A stretch of DNA of 64,000 nt from the human T2T-CHM13v2.0 reference genome, Homo sapiens. Numbering within the stretch: position 1 is the stretch's first letter; each line of letters starts with the position of its first letter. The stretch is taken from NCBI RefSeq assembly GCF_009914755.1, contig NC_060933.1, one strand, 5' to 3'. A model generated the notes under the pieces. It searched no databases. It was not told the origin of the DNA and saw nothing but the letters and a program-made list of their open reading frames with translations. The position numbers and the translations under genes were made by a program. This document shows positions 26,076-42,700 of the stretch, piece after piece.

Positions 26076-29000
26076 GGAACGGAATTGAATGGAATGGAAT
26101 GGAATGGAATGGAATGCAATGGAATGGAAACTTCCGGAATGGAATGGAATGGAATGGAATGGAATGAAATGCAATGGATTCAACTCGATTGCAATGGAAT
26201 GGAATAGAATGGAATGGAATGGAATGGAATGGAATTAATCCGAATGGAATGGAATGGAATGGAATGGAACGGAATGGAACAGAAAGGAATGGAATGGAAC
26301 GGAATGGAATGGAATGGAATGGAATGGTATGGAATGGAATGGAATGGTACGGAATAGAATGGAATGGAACGAATTGTAATGGAATGGAATTGAATGGAAT
26401 GGAATGGAATGGAATGGAATGGAATGGAATGGAATCAACGTGAGTGCAGGGGAATGTAATGGAACGGAATGCAATGGAATGGAATCATCCGTAATGGAAT
26501 GGAATGGAATGGAATCAACCCGAGTGCAATGGAATGGAGTGGAATGGAATGGAATGGAGTGGAACAACCTGAATGGAATGGAATGTAATGGAGAGTAAGG
26601 GAGTTGAATAGAATCAATCCGAACGTAATGGAATGGAATGGAATGGAATGCAATGGAATGGTATCAACCCGAGTACAATGGAATGGAATGGAATGGAATG
26701 GAATGGAATGGAATGATACGGAATAGAATGGAATGGAATGAAATGGAATGGAATGGAATGGAATAGAATGGAATGGAATGGAATGGAATCAACCCGAGTG
26801 CAATCAAATGGAATCGAATGGAATGGAATGCAATGGAATGGATTCAACTTGAATGGAATGGAAAGAATGGAATCAACACGAGTGGAATGACATGGATTGG
26901 AATGGAATGGAATGGAATCAACCCGAGTACAGGGGAATGGAATGGAATGGAATGCAATGGAATGGAATCATCCGTAATGGAATGGAAAGGAATGGAATGG
27001 AATGGAATGGAATGGAATGGAATGGAATGGAATGGAATCAACTCGATTGCAATCGAATGGAATGGAATGGAATTAACCCGAATAGAATGGAATGGAATGG
27101 AATGGAACGGAACGGAATGGAATGGAATGGAATGGAATGGAACGGAAAGGAAGGGAATGGAATGGAATAGAATGGAATGGAATGGAATCAACGCGAGTGC
27201 AGGGGAATGGAATGGAACGGAATGCAATGGAATGGAATCTTCCGGAATGGAATGGAATGGAATGGAATGGAATGGAATGGAATGGAATCAACCCGAGTGC
27301 AATGGAATGGAGTGGAATGGAATGGAATGGAATGGAACAACCCGAATGGAATGGAAAATAATGGAGAGTAAGGGAGTTGAATAGAATCAATCCGAATGTA
27401 ATGGAATGGAATGGGACGGAATGGAATTGAATGGAATGGAATGGAATGCAATGGAATGGAATCAACCCGAGTGCAATGGAATGGAGAGGAATGGAATGGA
27501 ATGGAATGGAAACTACCCGAATGGAATGGAATGGAATGGAGTGTAAGGGAATTGAATAGAATCAATCCGAATGTAATGGAATGGAATGGAACGGAACGGA
27601 ATGGAATGGAATGGAATGGAATGGAATGGAATGGAATGCAAAGGAATGGAATCAAACCGAGTGCAATCGAATGGAATCGAATGGAATGGAATGCAATGGA
27701 ATGGAATCAACTTGAATGGAATGGAAAGAATGGAATCAACACGAGTGGAATGGCATGGATTGGAATGGAATGGAATGGAATCAACCCGAGTACAGGGGAA
27801 TGGAATGGAATGGAATGCAATGGAATGGAATCATCCGTAATGGAATGGAAAGGAATGGAATGGAATGGAATGGAATGGAATGGAATGGAATGGAATGGAA
27901 TGGAATGGAATCAACTCGATTGCAATCGAATGGAATGGAATGGAATTAACCCGAATAGAATTGAATGGAATGGAATGGAACGGAACGGAATGGAATGCAA
28001 TGGAATGGAACGGAACGGAATGGAATGGAATGGAATGGAATGGAATCAACGCGAGTGCAGGGGAATGGAATGGAATGGAATGCAATGGAATGGAAACTTC
28101 CGGAATGGAATGGAATGGAATGGAATGGAATCAATCATTCCGAGTGGAATGGAAGGGAATGTAATGGAGTGGAAAGAAGGGAATGGAATCAACCCGAGTG
28201 GAATGCAAGGCAATGGAATGGAATGGAAAGGAATGGAATGGAATCAATTCGATTGCAATGTAATGGAATGGAATGGAATGGAATGGAATGGAATGGAATT
28301 AACCGGAATAGAATGGAATGGAATGGAATGGAACGGAATGGAATGGAATGGAAGGGAATGGAATCAACACGAGTGCAGGGGAATGGAATGGAATGGAGTG
28401 CAATGGAATGGAATCATCCGGAATGGAATGGAATGGAATGGAATCAACTCCATTGCAATGGAATGGAATGGAATGGAATGGAATAGAATGGAATGGAATT
28501 AACCCGAATAGAATGGAATGCAATAGAATGGAATGCAACGGAACCGAATGGAGTGGAATGGAATGGAATGGAATCAACCCGAGTACAGGGGAATGGAATG
28601 GAATGGAATGCAATGGAATGGAGTCATCCGTAATGGAATGGAAAGGAATGGAATGGAATGGAATGGAATGGAATGGAATGGAATCAACTCGATGGCAATC
28701 GAATGGAATGGAATGGAATTAACCCGAATAGAATGGAATGGAATGGAATGGAACGGAACGGAATGGAATGGAATGGAATGGAATGGAATGGAACGGAACG
28801 GAATGGAATGGAATGGAATGGAATGGAATCAACCCGAGTGCAGGGGAATGGAATGGAATGGAATGCAATCGAATGGAATCTTCCGGAATGGAATGCAATG
28901 GAACGGAATGGAATGAAAGGCAATGGATTCAACTGGATTGCAATGGAATGGAATAGAATGGAATGGAATGGAATGGAATGGAATGGAATTGAATGGAATG

Positions 29001-32000
29001 GAATACTTTCAAACCGAATGGAATGGAAAGGAATGGAATCAACACGAGTGGAAAGGAATGGAATGGAAAGGAATGGAATGGAATGGAATGGTACGGAATA
29101 GAATGGAATGGAACGAACTGGAATGGAATGGAATGGAATGGAATGGAATGGAATGGAATGGAATCGTTCCGAGTGGAATAGGATGGAATGTATTCGAGTG
29201 GAATGGAAAGGAATGGAATCAACCAGAGTGGAATGGAAGGGAATGGAATGGAATGGAATCTAATAGAATGGAATCAACCCGAGTGGAATGGAATGGAAAG
29301 GACTGGAATGGAATGGAATGGAATGGAATGGAAGGGAATCAACTCGATTGTAATGGAATGGAATGGAATGGAATGGAATGGAATGGAATGGAATGGAATG
29401 GAATTAACCCAAATACAATGGAATGGAATGCAATGGAACGGAATGGAGTGGAATGGAATGGAATCAACCCGAGTGCAGGGGAATGGAATGGAATGGAATG
29501 CAATGGAATGGTATCATCCAGAATGGAATGGAATGGAATGGAATGCAAAGCAATGGAATCAACTCGATTGCAATGGAATGGAATGGAATGGAAAGGAATA
29601 GAATGGAATCAACCCGAGTGTAATGGAATGGAAAGGACTGGAATGGAGTGGAATGGAATGGAATGGAAAGGAATGGAATCAACTCGATTGTAATGGAATG
29701 GAATGGAATGGAATGGAATTAACCCGAATAGAATGGAATGGAATGGAATGGAACGGAATGGAATGGAATGGAATGGAATGGAATCAACCCGACTGCAGGG
29801 GAATGGAATGGAATGGAATGGAATGGAATGGAATGGAATGGAATGGAATGGAATCATCCGGAACGGAATGGAATGGAATGGAATGGAATCAACTCGATTG
29901 CAATGGAATGGAATGGAATGGAATGGAATCGAATGGAATGGAGTGGAATTAACAGGAATAGAATGGAATGGAATGGAATAGAACGGAATGAAATGGAAGG
30001 GAATGCAATGGAGTGGAATGGAATCAACCCGAGTGCAGGGGAATGGAATGGAATGGAATGCAATGGAATGGAATCATCCGGAATGGAATGGAATGGAATG
30101 GAATGCAATCAACCTGATGCAATGGAATGGAATGGAATGGAATGGAAACATCCCGAATGGAATGGAATGTAATGGAGTGTAAGGGAATTGAATAGAATCA
30201 ATCCGAATGTAATGTAATGGAATGGAATGAAATGGAATGGAATGGAATGGAATGGAATGGAATCAACCCGAGTGCAATGGAATGGATTCGAATGGAATGG
30301 AATGGAATGGAATGGATTCAACAAGAATGGAATGGAAAGGAATGGAATCAACCCGAGTGTAATGGCATGGAATGGAACGGAATGGAATGGGATGGAATGG
30401 AATGGAATGCAATGGAATGGAATCAACCCGAGTGCAATGGAATGGAGAGGAATGGAATGGAATGGAATGGAAACTACCCGAATGGAATGGAATGTAATGG
30501 AGTGTAAGGGAATTGAATAGAATCAATCCGAATGTAATGGAATGGAATGGAACGGAATGGAATGGAATGGAGTGGAATGGAATGGAATGGAATGGAATGC
30601 AATGGAATGGAATCAACCCGAGTGCAATCGAATGGAACCGAATGGAATGGAATGCAATGGAATGGATTCAACTTGAATGGAATGGAAAGAATGGAATCAA
30701 CACGAGTGGAATGGCATGGATTGGAATGGAATGGAATGGAATCAACCCGAGTACAGGGGAATGGAATGGAATGGAATGCAATGGAATGGAATCATCCGTA
30801 ATGGAATGGAAAGGAATGGAATGGAATGGAATGGAATGGAATCAACTCGATTGCAAACGAATGGAATGGAATGGAATTAACCCGAATAGAATGGAATGGA
30901 ATGGAATGGAATGGAACGGAATGGAATGGAATGGAATGGAATGGAACGGAAAGGAAGGGAATGGAATGGAATAGAATGGAATGGAATGGAATCAACGCGA
31001 GTGCAGGGGAATGGAATGGAATGGAATGCAATGGAATGGAATCTTCCGGAATGGAATGGAATGGAATGGAATGGAATGGAATGGAATGGAATCAACCCTA
31101 GTGCAATGGAATGGAGTGGAATGGAATGGAATGGAATGGAACAAACCGAATGGAATGGAATGTAATGGAGAGTAAGGGAGTTGAATAGAATCAATCCGAA
31201 TGTAATGGCATGGAATGGAACGGAATGGAATTGAATGGAATGGAATGGAATGCAATGGAATGGAATCAACCCGAGTGCAATGGAATGGAGAGGAATGGAA
31301 TGGAATGGAATGGAAACTACCCGAATGGAATGGAATGTAATGGAGTGTAAGGGAATTGAATAGAATCAATCCGAATGTAATGGAATGGAATGGAACGGAA
31401 TTGAATGGAATGGAATGGAATGGAATGGAATGCAATGGAATGGAAACTTCCGGAATGGAATGGAATGGAATGGAATGGAATGAAATGCAATGGATTCAAC
31501 TCGATTGCAATGGAATGGAATAGAATGGAATGGAATGGAATTAATCCGAATGGAATGGATTGGAATGGAATGGAACGGAATGGAACGGAAAGGAATGGAA
31601 TGGAACGGAATGGAATGGAATGGAATGGAATGGTATGGAATGGAATGGAATGGTACGGAATAGAATGGAATGGAACGAATTGTAATGGAATGGAATTGAA
31701 TGGAATGGAATGGAATGGAATGGAATGGAATGGAATGGAATCAACGTGAGTGCAGGGGAATGTAATGGAACGGAATGCAATGGAATGGAATCATCCGGAA
31801 TGGAATGGAATGGAATGGAATCAACCCGAGTGCAATGGAATGGAGTGGAATGGAATGGAATGGAGTGGAACAACCTGAATGGAATGGAATGTAATGGAGA
31901 GTAAGGGAGTTGAATAGAATCAATCCGAACGTAATGGAATGGAATGCAACTGAATGGAATGGAATGGAATGGAATGGAATGCAATGGAATGGAATCAACC

Positions 32001-35000
32001 CGAATACAATGGAATGGAATGGAATGGAATGGAATGGAATGGAATGATACGGAATAGAATGGAATGGAATGAAATGGAATGGAATGGAATGGAATGGAAT
32101 GGAATGGAATGGAATCAACCCGAGTGCAATCAAATGGAATCGAATGGAATGGAATGCAATGGAATGGATTCAACTTGAATGGAATGGAAAGAATGGAATC
32201 AACACGAGTGGAATGACATGGATTGGAATGGAATGGAATGGAATCAACCCGAGTACAGGGGAATGGAATGGAATGGAATGCAATGGAATGGAATCATCCG
32301 TAATGGAATGGAAAGGAATGGAATGGAGTGGAATGGAATGGAATGGAATGGAATCAACTCGATTGCAATCGAATGGAATGGAATGGAATTAACCCGAATA
32401 GAATGGCTTGGAATGGAATGGAACGGAACGGAATGGAATGGAATGGAATGGAATGGAACGGAAAGGAAGTGAATGGAATGGAATAGAATGGAATGGAATG
32501 GAATCAACGCGAGTGCAGGGGAATGGAATGGAACGGAATGCAATGGAATGGAATCTTCCGGAATGGAATGGAATGGAATGAAATGGAATCAACCCGAGTG
32601 CAATGGAATGGAGTGGAATGGAATGGAATGGAATGGAACAACCCGAATGGAATGGAATATAATGGAGAGTAAGGGAGTTGAATAGAATCAATCCGAATGT
32701 AATGGAATGGAATGGAACGGAATGGAATTGAATGGAATGGAATGGAATGCAATGGAATGGAATCAACCCGAGTGCAATGGAATGGAGAGGAATGGAATGG
32801 AATGCAATGGAAACTACCCGAATGGAATGGAATGTAATGGAGTGTAAGGGAATTGAATAGAATCAATCCGAATGTAATGGAATGGAATGGAACGGAATGG
32901 AATGGAATGGAATGGAATGGAATGGAATGGAATGCAATGGAATGGAATCAACCCGAGTGCAATCGAATGGAATCGAATGGAATGGAATGCAATGGAATGG
33001 AATCAACTTGAATGGAATGGAAAGAATGGAATCAACACGAGTGGAATGGCATGGATTGGAATGGAATGGAATGGAATCAACCCGAGTACAGGGGAATGGA
33101 ATGGAATGGAATGCAATGGAATGGAATCATCCGTAATGGAATGGAAAGGAATGGAATGGAATGGAATGGAATGGAATGGAATGGAATGGAATGGAATGAA
33201 ATCAAGTCGATTGCAATCGAATGGAATGGAATGGAATTAACCCGAATAGAATGGAATGGAATGGAATGGAACGGAACGGAATGGAATGCAATGGAATGGA
33301 ACGGAACGGAATGGAATGGCATGGAATGGAATGGAATCAACGCGAGTGCAGGGGAATGGAATGGAATGGAATGCAATGGAATGGAAACTTCCGGAATGGA
33401 ATGGAATGGAATGGAATGGAATCAATCATTCCGAGTGGAATGGAAGGGACTGTAATGGAGTGGAAAGAAGGGAATGGAATCAACCCGAGTGGAATGCAAG
33501 GCAATGGAATGGAATGGAAAGGAATGGAATGGAATCAACTCGATTGCAATGGAATGGAATGGAATGGAATGGAATGGAATGGAATGGAATGGAATTAACC
33601 GGAATAGAATGGAATGGAATGGAATGGAACGGAATGGAATGGAATGGAAGGGGATGGAATCAACACGAGTGCAGGGGAATGGAATGGAATGGAATGCAAT
33701 GGAATGGAATCATCCGGAATGGAATGGAATGGAATGGAATCAACTCCATTGCAATGGAATGGAATGGAATGGAATGCAATAGAATTGAATGGAATTAACC
33801 CGAATAGAATGGAATGCAATAGAATGGAATGCAACGGAACTGAATGGAGTGGAATGGAATGGAATGGAATCAACCCGAGTACAGGGGAATGGAATGGAAT
33901 GGAATTCAATGGAATGGAGTCATCCGTAATGGAATGGAAAGGAATGGAATGGAATGGAATGGAATGGAATGGAATGGAATCAACTCGATGGCAATCGAAT
34001 GGAATGGAATGGAATTAACCCGAATAGAATGGAATGGAATGGAATGGAACGGAACGGAATGGAATGGAATGGAATGGAATGGAATGGAACGGAACGGAAT
34101 GGAATGGAATGGAATGGAATGGAATCAACCCGAGTGCAGGGGAATGGAATGGAATGGAATGCAATCGAATGGAATCTTCCGGAATGGAATGCAATGGAAC
34201 GGAATGGAATGAAAGGCAATGGATTCAACTCGATTGCAATGGAATGGAATAGAATGGAATGGAATGGAATGGAATGGAATGGAATGGAATTGAATGGAAT
34301 GGAATACTTTCAAACCGAATGGAATGGAAAGGAATGGAATCAACACGAGTGGAAAGGAATGGAATGGAAAGGAATGGAATGGAATGGAATGGTACGGAAT
34401 AGAATGGAATGGAACGAACTGGAATGGAATGGAATGGAATGGAATGGAATGGAATGGAATGGAATCGTTCCGAGTGGAATAGGATGGAATGTATTCGAGT
34501 GGAATGGAAAGGAATGGAATCAACCAGAGTGGAATGGAAGGGAATGGAATGGAATGGAATCTAATAGAATGGAATCAACCCGAGTGGAATGGAATGGAAA
34601 GGACTGGAATGGAATGGAATGGAATGGAATGGAAGGGAATCAACTCGATTGTAATGGAATGGAATGGAATGGAATGGAATGGAATGGAATGGAATGGAAT
34701 GGAATTAACCCGAATACAATGGAATGGAATGCAATGGAACGGAATGGAGTGGAATGGAATGGAATCAACCCAAGTGCAGGGGAATGGAATGGAATGGAAT
34801 GCAATGGAATGGAATCATCCAGAAAGAATGGAATGGAATGGAATGCAAAGCAATGGAATCAACTCGATTGCAATGGAATGGAATGGAATGGAAAGGAATA
34901 GAATGGAATCAACCCGAGTGTAATGGAATGGAAAGGACTGGAATGGAGTGGAATGGAATGGAATGGAAAGGAATGGAATCAACTCGATTGTAATGGAATG

Positions 35001-36726
35001 GAATGGAATGGAATGGAATTAACCCGAATAGAATGGAATGGAATGGAATGGAACGGAATGGAATGGAATGGAATGGAATGGAATGGAATGGAATGGAATG
35101 GAATCAACCCGACTGCAGGGGAATGGAATGGAATGGAATGGAATGGAATGGAATGGAATCATCCGGAACGGAATGGAATGGAATGGAATGGAATCAACTC
35201 GACTGCAATGGAATGGAATGGAATGGAATGGAATCGAATGGAATGGAGTGGAATTAACAGGAATAGAATGGAATGGAATGGAATGGAACGGAATGAAATG
35301 GAAGGGAATGCAATGGAATGGAATGGAATCAACCCGAGTGCAGGGGAATGGAATGGAATGGAATGCAATGGAATGGAATCATCCGGAATGGAATGGAATG
35401 GAATGGAATGCAATCAACCTGATGCAATGGAATGGAATGGAATGGAATGGAATGGAATGGAAAAATCCCGAATGGAATGGAATGTAATGGAGTGTAAGGG
35501 AATTGAATAGAATCAATCCGAATGTAATGTAATGGAATGGAATGAAATGGAATGGAATGGAATGGAATGGAATGGAATCAACCCGAGTGCAATGGAATGG
35601 ATTCGAATGGAATGGAATGGAATGGAATGGATTCAACAAGAATGGAATGGAAAGGAATGGAATCAACACGAGTGTAATGGCATGGAATGGAACGGAATGG
35701 AATGGGATGGAATGGAATGGAATGCAATGGAATGGAATCAACCCGAGTGCAATGGAATGGAGAGGAATGGAATGGAATGGAATGGAAACTACCCGAATGG
35801 AATGGAATGTAATGGAGTGTAAGGGAATTGAATAGAATCAATCCGAATGTAATGGAATGGAATGGAACGGAATGGAATGGAATGGAGTGGAATGGAATGG
35901 AATGGAATGGAATGCAATGGAATGGAATCAACCCGAGTGCAATCGAATGGAATCGAATGGAATGGAATGCAATGGAATGGATTCAACTTGAATGGAATGG
36001 AAAGAATGGAATCAACACGAGTGGAATGGCATGGATTGGAATGGAATGGAATGGAATCAACCCGAGTACAGGGGAATGGAATGGAATGGAATGCAATGGA
36101 ATGGAATCATCCGTAATGGAATGGAAAGGAATGGAATGGAATGGAATGGAATGGAATGGAATGGAATGGAATCAACTCGATTGCAATCGAATGGAATGGA
36201 ATGGAATTAACCCGAATAGAATGGAATGGAATGGAATGGAACGGAACGGAATGGAATGGAATGGAATGGAATGGAATGGAACGGAAAGGAAGGGAATGGA
36301 ATGGAATAGAATGGAATGGAAAGGAATCAACGCGAGTGCAGGGGAATGGAATGGAATGGAATGCAATGGAATGGAATCTTCCGGAATGGAATGGAATGGA
36401 ATGGAATGGAATGGAATGGAATGGAATCAACCCTAGTGCAATGGAATGGAGTGGAATGGAATGGAATGGAATGGAACAACCCGAATGGAATGGAATGTAA
36501 TGGAGAGTAAGGGAGTTGAATAGAATCAATCCGAATGTAATGGAATGGAATGGAACGGAATGGAATTGAATGGAATGGAATGGAATGCAATGGAATGGAA
36601 TCAACCCGAGTGCAATGGAATGGAGAGGAATGGAATGGAATGGAATGGAAACTACCCGAATGGAATGGAATATAATGGAGTGTAAGGGAATTGAATAGAA
36701 TCAATCCGAATGTAATGGAATGGAAT
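26076..36726 (+). repeat. Tandem duplication, period ~5.3 kb (26076-31391 and 31392-36726)
   Basis: Private markers CAACGTGAGT 26436/31742, GGAGTGGAACAACCTGAAT 26556/31862 and CCGAACGT 26619/31925. ORF pairs sit at offsets 5291-5335 throughout (26404/31710, 28299/33595, 29188/34489, 30217/35532). Confidence 0.92.
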
Positions 36727-39700
36727 GGAACGGAATGGAATGGAATGGAATGGAATGGAATGGAATGGAATGGAATGCAATGGAATGGAATCAACCCGAG
36801 TGCAATCGAATGGAATCGAATGGAATGGAATGCAATGGAATGGATTCAACTTGAATGGAATGGAAAGAATGGAATCAACACGAGTGGAATGGCATGGATT
36901 GGAATGGAATGGAATGGAATCAACCCGAGTACAGGGGAATGGAATGGAATGGAATGCAATGGAATGGAATCATCCGTAATGGAATGGAAAGGAATGGAAT
37001 TGAATGGAATGGAATGGAAAGGAATGGAATCAACTCGATTGCAATCGAATGGAATGGAATGGAATTAACCCGAATAGAATGGAATGGAATGGAATGGAAC
37101 GGAACGGAATAGAATGGAATGGAATGGAACGGAACGGAATGGAATGGAATGGAATGGAATGGAATCAACGCGAGTGCAGGGGAATGGAATGGAATGGAAT
37201 GCAATGGAATGGAAACTTCCGGAATGGAATGGAATGGAATGAAATGCAATGGATTCAACTCGATTGCAATGGAATGGAATAGAATGGAATGGAATGGAAT
37301 GGAATGGAATTAATCCGAATAGAATGGAATGGAATGGAATGGAACGGAATGGAACGGAATGGAATGGAATGGAATGGAATGGAATGGTATGGAATGGAAT
37401 GGAATGGTACGGAATAGAAAGGAATGGAACGAAATGTAATGGAATGGACTTGAATGGAATGGAATGGAATGGAATGGAATCAACGCGAGTGCAGGGGAAT
37501 GTAATGGAACGGAATGCAATGGAATGGAATCATCCGGAATGGAATGGAATGGAATGGAATGGAATGGAATCAACACGAGTGCAATGGAATGGAGTGGAAT
37601 GGAATGGAATGGAATGGAACAACCCGAATGGAATGGAATGTAGTGGAGAGTAAGGGAGTTGAATAGAATCAATCCGAATGTAATGGAATGGAATGCAACG
37701 GAATGGAATGTAATGGAATGGAATAGAATGCAATGGAATGGAATCAACCCGAGTACAATGGAATGAAATGGAATGGAATGGAATGGAATGGAATGATACG
37801 GAATAGAATGGAATGGAACGAAATGGAAGGGAATGGAATGGAATGGAATGGAATGGAATGGAATGGAATGGAATGGAATCGTTCCGAGTGGAATAGGAGG
37901 GAATGTATTCGAGTGGAATGGAAAGGAATGGAATCAACCAGAGTGGAATGGAAGGGAATGGAATGGAATGGAAACTAATAGAATGGAATCAACCCGAGTG
38001 GAATAGAATGGAAAGGACTGGAATGGAATGGAATGGAATGGAATCAACTCGTTTGTAATGGAATGGAATGGAATGGAATGGAATGGAATGGAATGGAATT
38101 AACCCGAATACAATGGAAGAGAATGCAATGGAATGGAAACAAATAGAATGGAATCAACCCGAGTGGAATGGAATGGAAAGGACTGGAATGGAATGGAATG
38201 GAATGGAATCAACTCGATTGTAATGGAATGGAATTGAATGGAATGGAATGGAATGGAATGGAATTAACCCGAATACAATGGAATGGAATGGAATGGAATG
38301 GAATGGAGTGGAATGGAATGGAATCAACCCGAGTGCAGGGGAATGGAATGGAATGGAATGCAATGGAATGGAATCATCCGGAATGGAATGGAATGGAATG
38401 GAATGCAAAACAATGGAATCATCTCGATTACAATAGAATGGAATGGAATAGAATGGAATGGAATTAACACGAATAGAATGGAATGGAATGGAATTGAATG
38501 GAACAGAAAGGAATGGAATGGAATGGAGTGGAATCAACCCAAGTGCAGGGGAATGGAATGGAATGGAATTCAATGGAATGGAGTCATCCGGAATGGAATG
38601 GAATGGAATGGAATGGAATGGAATGGAATGGAATGGAATCAACCCGAGTGCAACGGAATGGAGAGGAATGGAATGGAATGGAATGGAAACTACACGAATC
38701 GAATGGATTGTAATGGAGTGTAAGGGAATTGAATAGAATGAATCCGAATGGAATGGAATGGAAAGGAATGGAATGGAATGGAATGGAATGGAATGGAATG
38801 GAATGCAATGCCATGGAATCAACCCGAGTGCAATCGAATGGAATCGAATGGAATGGAATGCAATGGAATGGATTCAACTTGAATGGAATGGAAAGAATGG
38901 AATCAACACGAGTGGAATGGCTTGGATTGGAATGGAATGGAATGGAATCAACCCGAGTACAGGGGAATGGAATGGAATGGAATGAAATGGAATGGAATCA
39001 TCCGTAATGTAATGGAAAGGAATGGAATGGAATGGAATGGAATGGAATCAACTCTATTGCAATCGAATGGAATGGAATGGAATTAACCCGAATAGAATAA
39101 AATGGAATGGAATGGAATGGAACGGAGCGGAACGGAATGGAATGGAATGGAATGGAATGGAATGGAATGGAATGGAATGCAATGGAATCAACTGATTGCA
39201 ATGGAATGGAATGGAATGGAATGGAATGGAATGGAATGGAATGGAATTAACCCGAATAGAATGGAATGGAATTAAATGGAACGGAACGGAATGGAATGGA
39301 ATGGAATGGAATGGAATCAACCCGACTGCAGGGGAATGGAATGGAATGGAATGCAATGGAATGGATTCAACTTGAATGGAATGGAAAGAATGGAATCAAC
39401 ACGAGTGGAATGGCATGGATTGGAATGGAATGGAATGGAATCAACCCGAGTACAGAGGAATGGAATGGAATGGAATGCAATGGAATGGAATCATCCGTAA
39501 TGGAATGGAAAGGAATGGAATGGAATGGAATGGAATGGAATCAACTCGATTGCAATTGAATGGAATGGAATGGAATTAACCCGAATAGAATGGAATGGAA
39601 TGGAATGGAACGGAACGGAACGGAACGGAATGGAATGGAATGGAATGGAATGGAACGGAAAGGAATGGAATGGAACGGAATGGAATGGAATGGAATGGAA

Positions 39701-42700
39701 TGGAATCAACGCGAGTGCAGGGGAATGGAATGGAATGGAATGCAATGGAATGGAATCTTCCAGAATGGAATGGAATGGAATGGAATGGAATCAACACGAG
39801 TGCAATGGAATGGAGTGGAATGGAATGGAATGGAATGGAACAACCCGAATGGAATGGAATGTAATGGAGAGTAAAGGAGTTGAATAGAATCATTCCGAAT
39901 GTAATGGAATGGAATGGAACGGAATGGAATTGAATGGAATGGAATGGAATGCAATGGAATGGAATCAACCTGAGTGCAATGGAATGGAGAGGAGTGGAAT
40001 GGAATGGAATGGAAACTACCCGAATGGAATGGAATGTAATGGAGTGTAAGGGAATTGAATAGAATCAATCCGAATGTAATGGAATGGAATGGAACGGAAT
40101 GGAATGGAATGGAATGGAATAGAATGGAATGGAATGGAAGGCAATGGAATGGAATCAACCCGAGTGCAATCGAATGGAATCGAATGGAATGGAATGCAAT
40201 GGAATGGATTCAACTTGAATGGAATGGAAAGAATGGAATCAACACGAGTGGAATGGCATGGATTGGAATGGAATGGAATGGAATCAACCCGAGTACAGGG
40301 GAATGGAATGCAATGGAATGCAATGGAATGGAATCATCCGTAATGGAATGGAAAGGAATGGAATTGAATGGAATGGAATGGAATGGAATGCAAAGGAATG
40401 GAATCAACTCGATTGCAATCGAATGGAATGGAATGGAATTAACCCGAATAGAATGGAATGGAATGGAATGGAACGGAACGGAATAGAATGGAATGGAATG
40501 GAACGGAACGGAATGGAATGGAATGGAATGGAATGGAATCAACGCGAGTGCAGGGGAATGGAATGGAATGGAATGCAAAGGAATGGAAACTTCCGGAATG
40601 GAATGGAATGGAATGAAATGCAATGGATTCAACTCAATTGCAATGGAATGGAATAGAATGGAATGGAATGGAATGGAATGGAATTAATCCGAATAGAATG
40701 GAATGGAATGGAATGGAACGGAATGGAACGGAATGGAATGGAATGGAATGGAATGGAATGGTATGGAATGGAATGGAATGGTACGGAATAGAATGGAATG
40801 GAACGAAATGTAATGGAATGGAATTGAATGGAATGGAATGGAATGGAATGGAATCAACGCGAGTGCAGGGGAATGTAATGGAACGGAATGCAATGGAATG
40901 GAATCATCCGGAATGGAATGGAATGGAATGGAATGGAATGGAATCAACACGAGTGCAATGGAATGGAGTGGAATGGAATGGAATGGAATGGAACAACCCG
41001 AATGGAATGGAATGTAATGGAGAGAAAGGGAGTTGAATAGCATCAATCCGAATGTAATGGAATGGAATGAAACGGAATGGAATGTAATGGAATGCAATGG
41101 AATGGAATCAACCCGAGTACAATGGAATGAAATGGAATGGAATGGAATGGAACGGAATGATACGGAATAGAATGGAATGGAACGAAATGGAATTGAATGG
41201 AATGGAATGGAATGGAATGGAATGGAATGGAATGGAATCGTTCCGAGTGGAATAGGAGGGAATGTATTCGAGTGGAATGGAAAGGAATGGAATCAACCAG
41301 AGTGGAATGGAAGGGAATGGAATGGAATGGAAACTAATAGAATGAAATCAACCCGAGTAGAATAGAATGGAAAGGACTGGAATGGAATGGAATGGAATGG
41401 AATCAACTCGTTTGTAATGGAATGGAATGGAATGGAATGGAATGGAATGGAATGGAATTAACCCGAATACAATGGAAGAGAATGGAATGGAATGGAAATT
41501 AATAGAATGGAATCAACCCGAGTGGAATGGAATGGAAAGGACTGGAATGGAATGGAAAGGAATGGAATCAACTCGATTGTAATGGAATGGAATGGAATGG
41601 AATGGAATGGAATGGAATGGAAATAACCCGAATACAATGGAATGGAATGGAATGGAATGGAATGGAGTGGAATGGAATGGAATCAACCCGAGTGCAGGGG
41701 AATGGAATGGAATGGAATGCAATGGAATGGAATCATCCGGAATGGAATGGAATGGAATGGAATGCAAAACAATGGAATCATCTCGATTACAATGGAATGG
41801 AATGGAATAGAATGGAATGGAATTAACACGAATAGAATGGAATGGAATGGAATTGAATGGAACAGAAAGGAATGGAATGGAATGGAGTGGAATCAACCCA
41901 AGTGCAGGGGAATGGAATGGAATGGAATTCAATGGAATGGAGTCATCCGGAATGGAATGGAATGGAATGGAATGGAATGGAATGGAATGGAATCAACCCG
42001 AGTGCAACGGAATGGAGAGGAATGGAATGGAAAGGAATGGAAACTACACGAATCGAATGGATTGTAATGGAGTGTAAGGGAATTGAATAGAATGAATCCG
42101 AATGGAATGGAATGGAAAGGAATGGAATGGAATGGAATGGAATGGAATGGAATGGAATGCAATGCCATGGAATCAACCCGAGTGCAATCGAATGGAATCG
42201 AATGGAATGGAATGCAATGGAATGGATTCAACTTGAATGGAATGGAAAGAATGGAATCAACACGAGTGGAATGGCTTGGATTGGAATGGAATGGAATGGA
42301 ATCAACCCGAGTACAGGGGAATGGAATGGAATGGAATGAAATGGAATGGAATCATCCGTAATGTAATGGAAAGGAATGGAATGGAATGGAATGGAATGGA
42401 ATCAACTCTATTGCAATCGAATGGAATGGAATGGAATTAACCCGAATAGAATAAAATGGAATGGAATGGAATGGAACGGAGCGGAACGGAATGGAATGGA
42501 ATGGAATGGAATGGAATGGAATGGAATGCAATGGAATCAACTGATTGCAATGGAATGGAATGGAATGGAATGGAATGGAATGGAATGGAATGCAATTAAC
42601 CCGAATAGAATGGAATGGAATTAAATGGAACGGAACGGAATGGAATGGAATGGAATGGAATGGAATCAACCCGACTGCAGGGGAATGGAATGGAATGGAA

